Source: Camelus dromedarius (taxonomy: Eukaryota). Taken from it: a stretch of DNA of 64,000 nucleotides. Position 1 is the first letter of the stretch, and every line of letters begins with the position of its first letter. A program made the position numbers and the translations under genes. The notes beneath the pieces are model-generated. The model was not told the DNA's origin. It was given only the letters and a program-made list of their open reading frames with translations, and did no database searches. The stretch is taken from contig NC_087436.1 in the NCBI RefSeq assembly GCF_036321535.1, forward strand, positions 98,396,001 to 98,460,000. The letters are read 5' to 3'. Positions 12,621 to 24,570 of the stretch are shown here, in pieces.

Positions 12621-14479
12621 TAAAAATAATAGTAGTAAATATTTACTTAGCATTCAGTTAACTTCTCTCTGCTTTATGGAATGACATGAACCTTAACTTG
12701 ATTTTACCTAGCATTTATGCCTCATTAATTTTTAATTATGTTATTGAGGACAAAAAGAAAGAAACAAAGCAACTTCAACAACCAAGACTTGGCAAATATC
12801 GGTACTCCACGAAGTGTCTCTGTAGATTTTAAAGTGAAACCAGTTTACCTTCAGGGATTAGTGTTAATTAACCCATCCATTGGTTTCTACAGATGTGTAA
12901 TCACTGCATAGGAAATTTTGTATGTGTTTCTGAGATACAAGTGCAGATACATATATCCTTTCTTTACATAAGATGGCATCACATAAGATGCCTTTCCCAG
13001 AAAGGAGTGGCAGAGGGATGGGAGGTAAAGAACAGTAATGTGTTTATAAATTATAGCTTAATTTCAAACTGAGGAAGATCAATAGTGATAAATTCTGGTT
13101 CATATGTGACTTTGTTTCCTCAGAGTATAACAAGGTGGGAATACTTCCCAGTTGCTTCAGTGTTTATTCAAAGCTGGGTCATCTGAGAATTAATAAACAG
13201 CAGAGACTAAATGAAGTAAATAGAAAAAATACAATGGTTCATTCGCAAAAGGAAAATAAAATAGACTTACAGAATTAGTGAATGCTAATAAGTTGTATAG
13301 AAATAACAATGGTGAAACACCCAATTAATTATATACATAGTGTATTTGTGAGACATGACTCAGAAGGAAGTTAAGAGTTTTTTAGAGCATAAAAACCATA
13401 ACCTAGGCAAATGGTAGCCAGATGAAGCATGTAAGACTGTTTCTGTTCTGAGCCTAGAGTGGTTTGTGGGGCAATTTGGAATGTTTCTGAACTTCGTCTT
13501 TCCTCTCTGGCCTTTCACTTCATACATAGATGAACAATCTTACTGAATTTCAGTAACAGTCACCCGCCTTTCTTTCCTTTTTCATTCTCTTTTTTTTTCT
13601 TTCCTATATATTTCTCTCTATATATTCTTTCTATCTAAATATGCCATGAGGGTGCATATTTGCTCATGGGGTGATTAAAAGATAGATCTAAATTTAAATA
13701 GTAAATATTTTCCTAAAGAACCGAGAACTGACCTTGGGTTCTTTAAGTGACTGGATATTTCCAGAAATGACGTTTTTGGAGTAAAAAAATATTAAGTAAA
13801 TAGTGCTTAGTCACTTAGGAGGTAACATTCAATATATAAAATAAATTGTTTTTCATTGTGATTTTGGAACTCATAGTATTATTAGGACATATGTCCTTGA
13901 TTAGTAACCTATCTTCCTCTGTCTTTCTAGCTTATAAAAGTAAATTAGAATCACATATTAATTTCAGAACCCTGGAAGGCATGCTGGAAAGTTGTTTTTA
14001 CTGCTATTTTACAAATAAATATATCTAGGGTCAATAAAGTGAAAATTTGTCCCTAATTAGGCAATTGAGAAGTGGCCAGAGGAGTATTTGGTAGGAGATC
14101 TTCTGGGTCTAGATTCAGGCTCCTTGGGCAGTTGACCATTTCTCCAGGTACTTGTGAAGACGACATACGCTTTGAGAATGGTTGTAGGAAAGAGAATAGC
14201 TACAGAAAATGTATTCCTGGAGTTCTGCCTCTTGGCTTGTCCGTGGAAGGACCAGTAGAAAGAGCACTAGGTTTCTTTTTTTTTTTCCCTCCAGTAGAAA
14301 CCAGTAGGAAAATATAAAAACAGTTGCGTGTTTAATACATAGTAAAGTAATAACGTGTTTAATACTTTCCATTAAGGAATATATAAAACAAAACAAAATC
14401 TTTCCATAATAAAAGCAGTAAAGGGGGGAAGAAAAACTGTTAGAATTCTTTCATATTGCTTTGGTCTTCCCCATTTAGT

Positions 14480-15560
14480 ATATACTGTGCACATCATCCT
14501 ATTTTATTATTTGTTATATTTATTATTTATCATTCTGTATTTTTGGTTTTAGCCATTTTTAATTATTAATTTTAGATAGGAATACAGTTTAGTAAGATAC
14601 TTGATCATGCTTGTTTTCCCTGTCTGTAGAAGAATCTCAATTTGTTTTTATTGTTAGAATGTTTCAGGGCCAATTTTTGCCCAAGAACTATTTTGAGGAC
14701 CATTATACATGATCATATTTTGTACTTTTATAAACAAATAAAGTATTTGCTGAATACAAAATTAAATACTCAAAGTTCTTTCCTTCAGTGGTTTATAAAT
14801 ATTAACTCATCACCTTATATCTAAAAATGCTGGTAAGAAGTTTAAAGTAAATCTTATTTTGTTCTTTTAAAAATGATCTTCTATTTATTTTTCTTTGACA
14901 TCATAAATTTTATCATGTTTTGTACTTGGTGAGTCATTGTAATTTGAAAGCTTTCATATTTCTTTTATTCTTAGAAGATTGTGTTTATTAATATTTTAAG
15001 TATATTACCTCATTTTTTAAAATATTTTTATATTGGATCATCCAGGCATAAGTACATGTCTCCTCAGTATTGTTTCTGTGTTTTTATTACTTTATCTTTT
15101 TCCTCTATTGTTCTCAAAAGTTCTATGATCTAATCTTTAAACTCATTTATTTTGCAATTGTACCCATCCTATAACATTTCACGTATCTCTACTTCCATCT
15201 ACTTATCTGTATCTCTCTCTCATCTGGCACTTGTTCTATAGATGACAGTCTATGATAACCTGTGAGGATGACGTATATAGAATATTAATGATACTAGATT
15301 TCATCTAAGATTGTCCTATGTTTTCTTTCTCTTATAGAACATTTCTATTTGATTCCCTTCATATTTCTCATTCTTTTTTTATTTTGCTTTTTTTTTTTTG
15401 CTGAAGTATACTAATTTTACTTGGTTTAAATTTGAGTCTATTGTTTTCAATACTTCTGCTTCAGATGGAAAACACTTGTTAACTTTCTTTAGAGGATTTT
15501 TTTCTGGTATCTAGTTATTTTGGTGTGAACTTGTCCTTGGAGAAGTCAGCTATCCCACAC
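14480..15560 (-). mobile_element. Highly decayed old L1 (L1ME-like)
   Basis: T-rich antisense ORF1-like composition. Recognised mainly from composition. Confidence 0.4.
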
Positions 15561-16491
15561 ATGGTACAAATTCTGAAGCCCAGGCTCCAGTCTGTGTTTG
15601 TCCTGCTGAATTTAAAGACACAGAAAGAAGAGAGGCATAAGCATCACACACGTAATACAGAACTTTTGTGCCACTCTAGCAAGTAACTCCTTGGGTTAGG
15701 TTTTTACCGTTAACCCTTAGAAGCAGCAGTTTCATTTAAAATCTAAAAATCCTTAGAGGTTAGAATGAGAACAGCACAGATGAAAATACAGAAGGCAGCT
15801 AGATAGGCACACATATTTTCATCAGTTCTTCCCCCCACAGGGCTGCCTGATATTATATTTAGTTAGCTCACAATTTGGGCTACTGCTGTCAATTTCAGCA
15901 GTGAAGGTGCATGCAGTGATTTTCTGAAGGCAATGTGAGGCAACATCAAAACTCTACAAGCCTCATTTCAGTATATCCAACCCCTGACCCACTGGCTGAC
16001 CTCTGTACCACATCTTCCAAATTAACAGCAAGATAATCTAAACACCTTCATAGATTTTAGGACAGTCACCCTTTAAATTGAGGGTACAGGGTAAGAACCA
16101 GGGAGAATCATTTTACTAAGGCCTAGTGAAAGTTAATGATGAGAGTGGCTGTGTAAGTTTATAGGTGTTTTCTGTACAAGAGTTTAGCTCCAAATTACAA
16201 GTAAAAAAATCAACCACTTGTTCCATAATATATGTATTTATATTTGTGTTTGTGGTTATGAGGACCTCAAAGAGACCCCCATCCTCTTGTCTGAGTCTAA
16301 AGGCAATACTGAATTTTTCTTTCAAATATCACTTTCAACTTGAAGCATGCGTAGCAATGTTCAACACATGGTAATTAACAAATATATGATTTTTGAATGA
16401 ATGCTATTATTATCATAATGTAAATTTAGGTATAATGTCTACTAGATATTCAGATTTTAAATTCTGCATTGTTAATATTCATACAATTTTG

Positions 16492-16830
16492 TGTTGAGAG
16501 ACAATCCTCCATGGTTCTCTCACATGCTTGCATCTCTTGCAAACAGCAGCACTGACTGCCTTTTGTTCTATCTTTTCTGAAATGTTTGCACAACAAACAG
16601 CCTTGGAAAATAGATAGTATCTCCCTTTGGAGCAAAAAGTAGGTTTACTTACTCTTCAGTTATAATAAAAATAATGTCTCCCTCTAGAGTAAAGGATACA
16701 CACGTTAACTTCCATTATAAGAGATCACACTCCCTAATACTCACCCTTGTCCTCTGTACTGCAGCCCGTCGTGTGTGGAGATGTCACTGGCCTTCTTCAT
16801 GTTTCCCTGTGGGTAATGGTGCATAAGGGA
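16492..16830 (+). mobile_element. ERV1-class LTR fragment (family not assigned)
   Basis: Starts TG: 'tgttgagagacaatcctccatggttctctcac...cagccttggaaaatagatagtatctccctttggagcaaa', a recurrent mammalian LTR motif. Confidence 0.65.
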
Positions 16831-17265
16831 GACAAAACTTTCTGTCCTTGATCAAACTCCGGCTAGATTCTTGTAAACTCTCTCCTGAAGTGAGCCCTGA
16901 CTTTTGCGCTTCCGTGTTCATCTCTGTATTGTCCACTCTAGCAAGAATCCTGCCATGTCAATTTAGCTGGAATCCCCCATCCTTGATATCTGATCACTCG
17001 CAGTATTTGATCAGACACCTTATCTTCCACAGTCCCCTAGGTGATGTCTGAAACCCTGGTCTGCTTTCAGCAAGGATGCTGTTAGATCAGTTTAGCCAAA
17101 ATCCTCCCTTATCTCTGATTTTTCTTCTTAGTAGTTTTCCATCCTCTAAAGTTCCCTGCCCAACCTGCTTCTTAATTAAATTCCCACTTTTCTTTGTTGT
17201 ATTTGGAGTTGAGCCTAAGCTTGCTCCCTTACAAAACACCATTGCAGTTGTCTCTATACCTAAAA
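16831..17265 (+). mobile_element. MER31/MER67-like ERV1 LTR
   Basis: 'gacaaaactttctgtccttgatcaaact...tagcaagaatcctgc...tcagtttagccaaaatcctcc...ggagttgagcctaa'. Confidence 0.7.
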
Positions 17266-17279
17266 ATGAACCTTCACTC

Positions 17280-18895
17280 TTATCTGACACACACCATACA
17301 CAAAAATTAAATTCAAATGAATCTTGGACCTAAATATATGTGCTATGAAATTTCTTTAAAAATTATATGAGGTTTGTGACATTGGGGTAGACAAATATTT
17401 CCTAACTAGAAAACAGGTTTATCTACGTATCTATCCAGATATATTTAACATACAACCCACCAATTCTGCTCTTAGTTATTTACTCAAGAAAACACAAAAA
17501 TATGTTCATATAGACTTGTACAAAAATGCAATCTAGGCAGATATAGATGGATATATAGATGATAGAGAGGTAGATATATATATTTTTTTCCAATTGGAAA
17601 AAAATATATATATTATATATCTCTCTTTCACAAAACTCCTATATTTAAAAAAAATGTATATCTTGCAAGTCAATAATAATAAGGTCAACCATTCTGATTG
17701 AAAATAGGCAAAATAGTTGAAGAGATAGTTCACAAACTAAAATATATGAATGGCCCCAAAGCAACTGAAAAGACATTTAAAAGAACATTAGAAATTAATA
17801 AAATGCAAATTAAAGCCCCAATGAGATATTACTATACACCCACCAGAACGTTCAAAACTAAAAGACTGAAAATATCTGTAAGCCCCCGCCTGAAGGCTCT
17901 AGAGAATAAGCCATGGGCTGAACTGATAAACAAGCTGTGAGGAATGTCATGTATCCAGTATGGATGGCTGGATAGCCAATGATTGGTAAGATCCTCAGAG
18001 GAAGACAACCTAAGACAGGCACAGCCGGCTGGATGAGAGATGGCCTACTTAATGAAGTTTTGTGACGGACTTTAAAACAACCTGTCCTTGATCATGTAAC
18101 ATCCTGTGCTTACTGCAGGAACTTGGGGACCTATTTAGATTAAGATTATTAACATTGTCATAACTTAGATGATATGTGAGGCATCGTGCATGTCCTATAT
18201 AAACCCTTTGCCAAGAATCAATAAACAGAGAACTGCTTTGTTACTCTCTGCATGGTGTTCATGTGTACATGATATCGCACTACCGACATTATCTAGTGTC
18301 CACATTTTCATTACTTGTTGGTAGGAATGTAGCCAATTTCTTACATATATACGCTTAACATACAGTCCATCAATTCCACTCTTATTTATAGCTTCAAAAA
18401 AAACTTCCAAAATATGTCCCTACAAGAGCTTGTACAAAAATATTTATAAAAGGCAGAAATTGGAAACATCCCAAATGTGTGTCAGTAGGTAAAAGGATAA
18501 ATAGATTGTATTGTATCTAAACTTGATTGACTGTCCCAAAATAATTAGGAATGAACTACTGATTCACATAACAACATGGATGAATCTTAAAAATATGCTG
18601 AGAGAAAAATGCCAATCACAAATAAGTGATCCCTGGATGATTCCATTTGCATGTAATTCTAGGAAAGATAAAAACCAATTTACAGTGACAAAATTCAGAT
18701 CAGTGACTACCTGGGGCTGATGGTGTGAAGACTTACTGCAAAAGGACATAAGAGAATATTTTGGGTTGATACAAATATTCTATATTTTGATTGTGATGGT
18801 GGTGTTTATTTGGCAATACTCATTGAACATTTATGCTTAAAACATATTTTATTATATTGGATTATACAGCAAAATTTTATTATTGAATAAAAAGC
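17280..18895 (+). mobile_element. Old L1 3' region (L1ME/MC-like), split by a solo LTR
   Basis: 'aaatgcaaattaaagccccaatgagatattactatacacccaccagaa', 'aacaacatggatgaatcttaaaaatatgctgagagaaa', AATAAA at about 18887. Confidence 0.8.
17877..18288 (+). mobile_element. Complete solo LTR (412 bp, TG...CA), family not recognised
   Basis: TG at 17877 and CA at 18288. 5-bp TSD ATATC/TTATC. The L1 host rejoins across it. CCAAT 17976, TATATAAA 18196, AATAAA 18220. Confidence 0.8.
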
Positions 18896-19229
18896 AAATT
18901 GAATTGGTTTATGTCAGTAAAATGAGAGGTCCAGAGAAAAATTACAAAGAGGACTATAGAGTTCTTTTCAATAATTTGTTGGTGGTCAATAAAAAACTTA
19001 CATATGCTTTGCTTTTTATTCTTAACACAATCAAAACACAATTTAGAAGAAATGGAAGGTTACTACTATGTAGCCGAAAAGAGCAGAGTATGCTAGAGAT
19101 AGCATCCTTTAAATAATTATACAGCCATAGGAGAAATGTAGACATAAAGAAATAATGAGAATACCAAGATGTATATTTTTGTATTTGTTTCTTATTTTCA
19201 TATCTGTTTCCTTTGGTGAGACTACAACA

Positions 19230-19335
19230 GTCTGAGGCTAGAGAGCTTTTTCTCACATTTGTCCCCAGTGCTTGGCACACTGCTTAAGACATAGTAGGAA
19301 ATCAAATAATGTTTGTCACTTTAATGGATATGTCA
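19230..19335 (+). mobile_element. L2 3' terminus
   Basis: 'ccccagtgcttggcacactgcttaagacatagtaggaaatcaaataatgtttg'. Confidence 0.7.
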
Positions 19336-21129
19336 GCATCTGATTTTAGAGCAAATACTATTTCTTGGCATTACAAGCACAGTTTCTTTTAGGACCCATT
19401 TTAAGAAATGGTGTCAGTTAAATTGTCCAGATTTACCTTCATTATGTACAGGCATTCATCAGCTGCTAAGACCACTTATGGGTCACCAGAGAAGTCCACG
19501 TGCACTGGCACCTGGCACAGAGTTGTTGTGACTCCATGTGTTCGGCCATCAACCCAACAGAGTTTCAGAGCAGTGGACAACATCTGCAACAGTTGGTTCT
19601 CAGACAAGACTCACAGCTGGAGATAAGAAGAGGATGCGAAGATGAGCAATTTGTAGCAAATAGTTATATTGTGCATACTCTGAAAGGAATGACACAATAA
19701 TGAGGTTTTCCTGTTATTTTTCATCTTGCCACCCTCACGTCAGTGCTCATTGCACTTTTTACAAGTTATAAAATTGACAGAGAATTTGCTACAAATTGCG
19801 TAGCTTTTCAGGATAGGCAATTTTGAGATCATTTTCCTGAGTAGCTATAGAAAAAAAACCATGATGAGTAATATGTTCAGAATTGACAAATTATCAAAAT
19901 TACCAAAGAGACTTGCACTGTGACCAGAAAGTAGCCTTAAATTATGGGCAAAAATATGAAATGTGGATTAAATGGAAAGAATTTTTTTTTAAGTCAGCCT
20001 AAGAAAATAGAGTGAAAATTTAACCCTTCACTAATATCTTTACATATATATGAGGAGTTACCAAAGCTTCTAAAACAATGATTAGTACGACTGAAGTGAC
20101 TCATCTTAAAACTTAATTGGGTTATATCTGGGTCATATTATCTTGCATGTGGAACTGAACTGGTAAACCAGGATTCGACCACCCTGATTTAAAGACTCAA
20201 ATTTGAGAATGTAGCTTCCAGACATAAAAGTAATCTCCTTCAAATAGCTCTTAGAGGGGAATGAGACCGTTTTTAACAGTCAGGTTTTCATACATTGTCA
20301 CAATCTTGCTTAAATCACTTGAATTCTCTAAACAAGCATTTGAAGTTTATTTTAGAATTTTTCTGAGACACCTCAATTTTCATTCAACTTGTCATCTCTG
20401 GGGGGAATGAGAAAGGAGAAAGGGCAAGGCAGGCCACCAGCAAAACTGAAATGCAGGGGATGTGTGTTGTCGCTGCCACATCTCTGTGCTCATAGATGTC
20501 ATCACATCAATGCAACATGTTCACCCGTCTCCCCCAGTGCCTTTCACCCAAACCACTCTGCTCGTCTCACCTTCTAAACCTGCTATCTGCAGAGGATCGG
20601 GAGAAATTCATTCCCAGGTAGGCACACGTGACTTCTACGTCTCCACATGCTGCTCTTTTCAGAATTCATTTGTTGTTACGGAATGTAGATTTCAGCTGAA
20701 GGAGTAAAGCTATAATTGTGTGATATCAGCTATTAGTGACTTTACAAGTTTCTGGTACAACCATGCATGTGGCTGTCTGAATCTATTCATTATTAAAAGA
20801 GTGTTATCTCATGAAAATGAGACTACCAAGAAAGGACTCAAATTGGATAATCGTCATACCATGTATATATTCAGGGACAGATGACCCAGGTAGTAACCTC
20901 ATTCTCAGTAGCTCCATTTCATTTACACAAGTTATTTGATAAAATCTTAAACTGATTTTTACCATAGGAGTGCAGATTTTTATCTTCTGAATATGTTTTT
21001 TAGCAAAAACTTCTATATTTTAAGACAACATTAGAAGAATGATTGAACAACATTTTGAAAGAAGAAATACAGTATTATTTTCTTCCAAAATATATAGGGA
21101 TAAAGTATAAATTGTAGATAAATAAAGAA

Positions 21130-21390
21130 TTGAAGAAGCTAGACTGTCTCAGTGAAATCCTGACAGCATGATGACTATTAGTATTGTGACCTTGGGTAGA
21201 TTATTACATAAGCCATCTGTGCCTCATGGCCCCGCTCGTAAAATCCTCACTTACCCACTTCAGTAAACTAGGGGTAGCAGCAGAATACACGTCATTGAAT
21301 TCTTGGGAGAATAAAATGTGCTAATCCATGTGAAGTGTGTCACAAGTGCCAGAGAGAGACGAAACACTGAATTAATGTTAATTCGTATTT
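21130..21390 (+). mobile_element. MIR
   Basis: 'tgtgaccttgggtagattattac...tctgtgcctca...gagaataaaatgtgctaatccatgtgaagtg'. Confidence 0.75.
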
Positions 21391-22589
21391 TTTCTGGGCA
21401 GGACACTTTCAAAATTGAGTGGAATGGACATAGCTACTAGCTGCTGAAAAACTGAGACGACTGAGGAAGTAAACCTGCATTAACGGCTAATAAGCAGCTG
21501 AGATAGGACTTGCACTTAACATTTCTAGGCCAAGATGTCTTCTTGTAAAAGCCACAGTTGCTACCCCAAGAGATCTCTATACCGCTGAGCTCTCAATGAA
21601 GTGAGGGGTCTTACAAATGAAAGCTTCTTCATGACATACCAAGGATTCTAAGGTACCAGACACACTAGACTTTATTTAGGGATGTGCCTGTCCTCCAAAT
21701 CTGATGAGCTCGCTGTGGCAATTGCTGGCTGAATGTGACCGCAAACTTTCAAAGACCTGTAAGCCAGTTACACACCTTTCTGTGCTCAGCACTTGTAAGA
21801 ATCACATTTAGATTCCAGCTGCGGTCTGAGAAAACTAAGTTAATAAGACATTACCAAGCTCAAAATGTATCTAGGAAATTGAGTTAAACTTTGATGTGAA
21901 GGTTAAATTGACCTTTAACAGAAGTGTTCTCTAATTTTTCTTCTTTCCCTTTTCTCTTTGTGCCTTGTCTCAATCTACCCTTCTGTTTCTCACTGTCTAA
22001 GGGCATTGTTTTCATCTTTTTTCTAAGACTTTCTCTCTTTCATTGTCTTTCTTTCAACCTAGCCTTTACGTATCTTGTTTTCTTTAGAACCTTTATTCTG
22101 TGAACTATCTTCCCACAGTATCTTACACTTTGAGTGTTACATTTCTATTATATTTCACAGCCCTGGGAGCTTAGTAGGTTTTAAGGAACACTTGTTTAAG
22201 ATTTTATAATTTTATGTCTTGAGAGGTGTCTAGAGATTATTTAGTTCACCTCTTTATTTTACCTATTAGGCTGCAAAAGTTGAGTAATATTTTTAAGGAT
22301 AAACTGTTAGGGGACTACCTAATTCACTTCTATTTCTGTAATTCTATTGATATATCTTATTTGATCATTAACGTCTTTGTCATATTTACATCCACTTAAA
22401 CTCTTGGTTTGGTATCTGCTTTAGTAACTATTGTTGTCTACCATTATTTTTTGTACTTACATATTTTGCCAATTAGAGAGTATATTGCTGACATACTCCC
22501 ATGTTCTTTTTAAATTAAGTGTCTGTTTTTTGTTATTGTTCTTAAAAAGACATTGTGGTCAAGTTTTTTGTTTGTTTTTTGTTTTTCAT

Positions 22590-23860
22590 TTTTTTAATTA
22601 ATATGCTTTCATTTCTAAAGCAGTTTTAGGTTCTCAACAAAATTGAGCAGAAAGTACAGAGTTTCCCTATAACTGCTTCCCCAACATATGCATAGCCTCC
22701 CCTACTATTGACAAGGCACACAGAGTGATATATTTGTTATAGCTGATGAACCTATATTAATGCATTATTGTCATCTAAAGTCCATAGTTTACATTAGGGT
22801 TCACTCTTGGTGTTGTGCATTCTGTGTTTGCAAAAATGTAGAATGGTAAGTATCCACCGTTACGATATCATACAGAGTGGTTTAACTGACCTGAAAATCC
22901 TCTGTGTTGCTCCTCTTCATCTTTTCCTCTCCCTGGCAACCACTGATCTTTTTACCATCTCCATAATTTTGCCTTTTTCAGAATGTCATATAGTTGGACT
23001 TATATAGTATGTAGCCTTTTCGGATTGATTTCTTTCATTAGTGATATGCATTTAAGCTTCCTCCATAATTTTTAATGATTTAATAGCTCATTTATTTTTA
23101 GTACTGAATAATATTTTACTGTATGGATGCAGTATGTTTTCTCCATTTGCCTCCTAAAAGACATCTCAGGTGCTTCCAAGCTTTGGCAATTATGAATAAG
23201 GCTTAGTAGGAGAGTTTCAGGTTTCCCACGATTAATTGTGATGTTAGCTGTAGGTTCTTGGACATTCTTTATCAAGTTGAGAAGGTTCCCTTCTATTCCT
23301 AGTTTACTGAGATTTTTTTTTAACCATGATTGGGTGTTGGATTTTTCTCAAATGCTTTTTCTGCATCTATTGATAACATCATGTGATTTTTCTTCCATAG
23401 CTACTTTTTGTGATGGATTTTATTAATTGATTTTCAGATGTTGAGCCAGCCTTGCATTACTGGGGTAAACCCCACTTAGTCTTGATATATCCTATTTTTA
23501 TACATTCTTGGATATGATTTGATATTTTGTTGAGGAATTTTGCATGTGTATTTATGAGGTTATTGGTTTGTAGTTTTCTTTTCTTCTATTGTCTTTGTCT
23601 GGTTTTGATATTAGGGTAATGCTGACCTCATGAGTTAGGAAGTATTTTCTCTGCTTCTATTCTTCTGAAAGAGATTGAAAGGAATTAATATATTTTTTTC
23701 TTAAATGTTTGACAGAATTCACCAGTGAGCCCATGTGTGCCTGGTGCTTTTCTGTTTGGGGAAGTTATTAATAATTTATTCAACCTTGTAATAGACCTAG
23801 GGCTATTCAGATTGTTTACTTCTTCCTGTGTGAGCAGCCTCAAATTTTTATGCATACTTT
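22590..23860 (-). mobile_element. L1 (L1MB/MC-like 3'UTR joined directly to mid-ORF2)
   Basis: 22590-23203 is antisense 3'UTR ('aaattgagcagaaagtacagagtttccc', 'agtttacattagggttcactcttggtgttgt'). 23204-23860 is antisense ORF2; ORF 23685-23915(-) has LTQEEVNNLNSP...KAPGTHGLTGEFCQTFK, compared with L1 KSPGPDGFTGEFYQTFK. Confidence 0.85.
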
Positions 23861-23866
23861 TTCTTT

Positions 23867-23867
23867 C

Positions 23868-23902
<35 letters not shown>

Positions 23903-23932
23903 CACACACACACACATATGTGTGTATATATA
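23867..23932. repeat. Compound (TA)n/(CA)n/(TG)n microsatellite
   Basis: Seen directly. Confidence 0.95.
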
Positions 23933-24099
23933 TTCTCTACTCTCACTATATTTATTTGCTGTAAATAAATCTGTAGAAAACATGGTATACATATCAAAGA
24001 CCTAAATATATGTAGATGTTGCATATATTTTTATGTTTGATGAAGGAAAAATATAGCATGTCATTTTCTGTCTTCTCATAGAAAAAAGTTTTGTGGAAG

Positions 24100-24570
24100 G
24101 ATATAACAGAAGGATTTTAGTGATGATAGTGATGGTGGTGGTTGTAGTTGTGTATACTGAGATATTAGAAACTAAAAGGAGACCTGTAGGTAAGTATTAA
24201 TTATGCAGGTCAGGAGTGAAGGGATACTGGAAGAGAATTCAGCAGTTCAAGTGGAAGAAATAAATAACACATGTAAATTTTAAGGCCTTGAATTTTGTAA
24301 ACATTAAAGACTACTATAGCTTTTATTCATCTAGAAGACATAGTGCTAAAAATAAAGTTTAAGAAGTAAGCATGGGAAGATCATTCTAGGCCACAGTCTA
24401 TATTAAGGATTTTGCAGTACATTATAAACTGAATCTGAGGCTATTTTGAAGAGTTTTAGTTGGTGGAGTGAACTTATATGATTTATTCATTTAAAAAAAA
24501 AAAGATTGCTGTAGGTTCTGTGTGAAAAATAGACAGAGGTGGGGGAGGAGGAAAAGCACTGGAGAGTTTG
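24100..24570 (-). mobile_element. L2 fragment
   Basis: 'taaggattttgcagtacatt...tttgaagagttttag...gatttattcattt...ttctgtgtgaaaaatagac'. Confidence 0.6.

Noticed and set aside
13714..13745. TAAAGAACC...GGTTCTTTA hairpin containing TGACCTTG
   Set aside because: 9-bp arms are within chance expectation, and a single nuclear-receptor half-site is uninformative.
14252..14365. Short direct repeats (CCAGTAGAAA, CGTGTTTAATAC) resembling TSDs or an array
   Set aside because: Only two or three copies with irregular spacing and no identifiable element between them.
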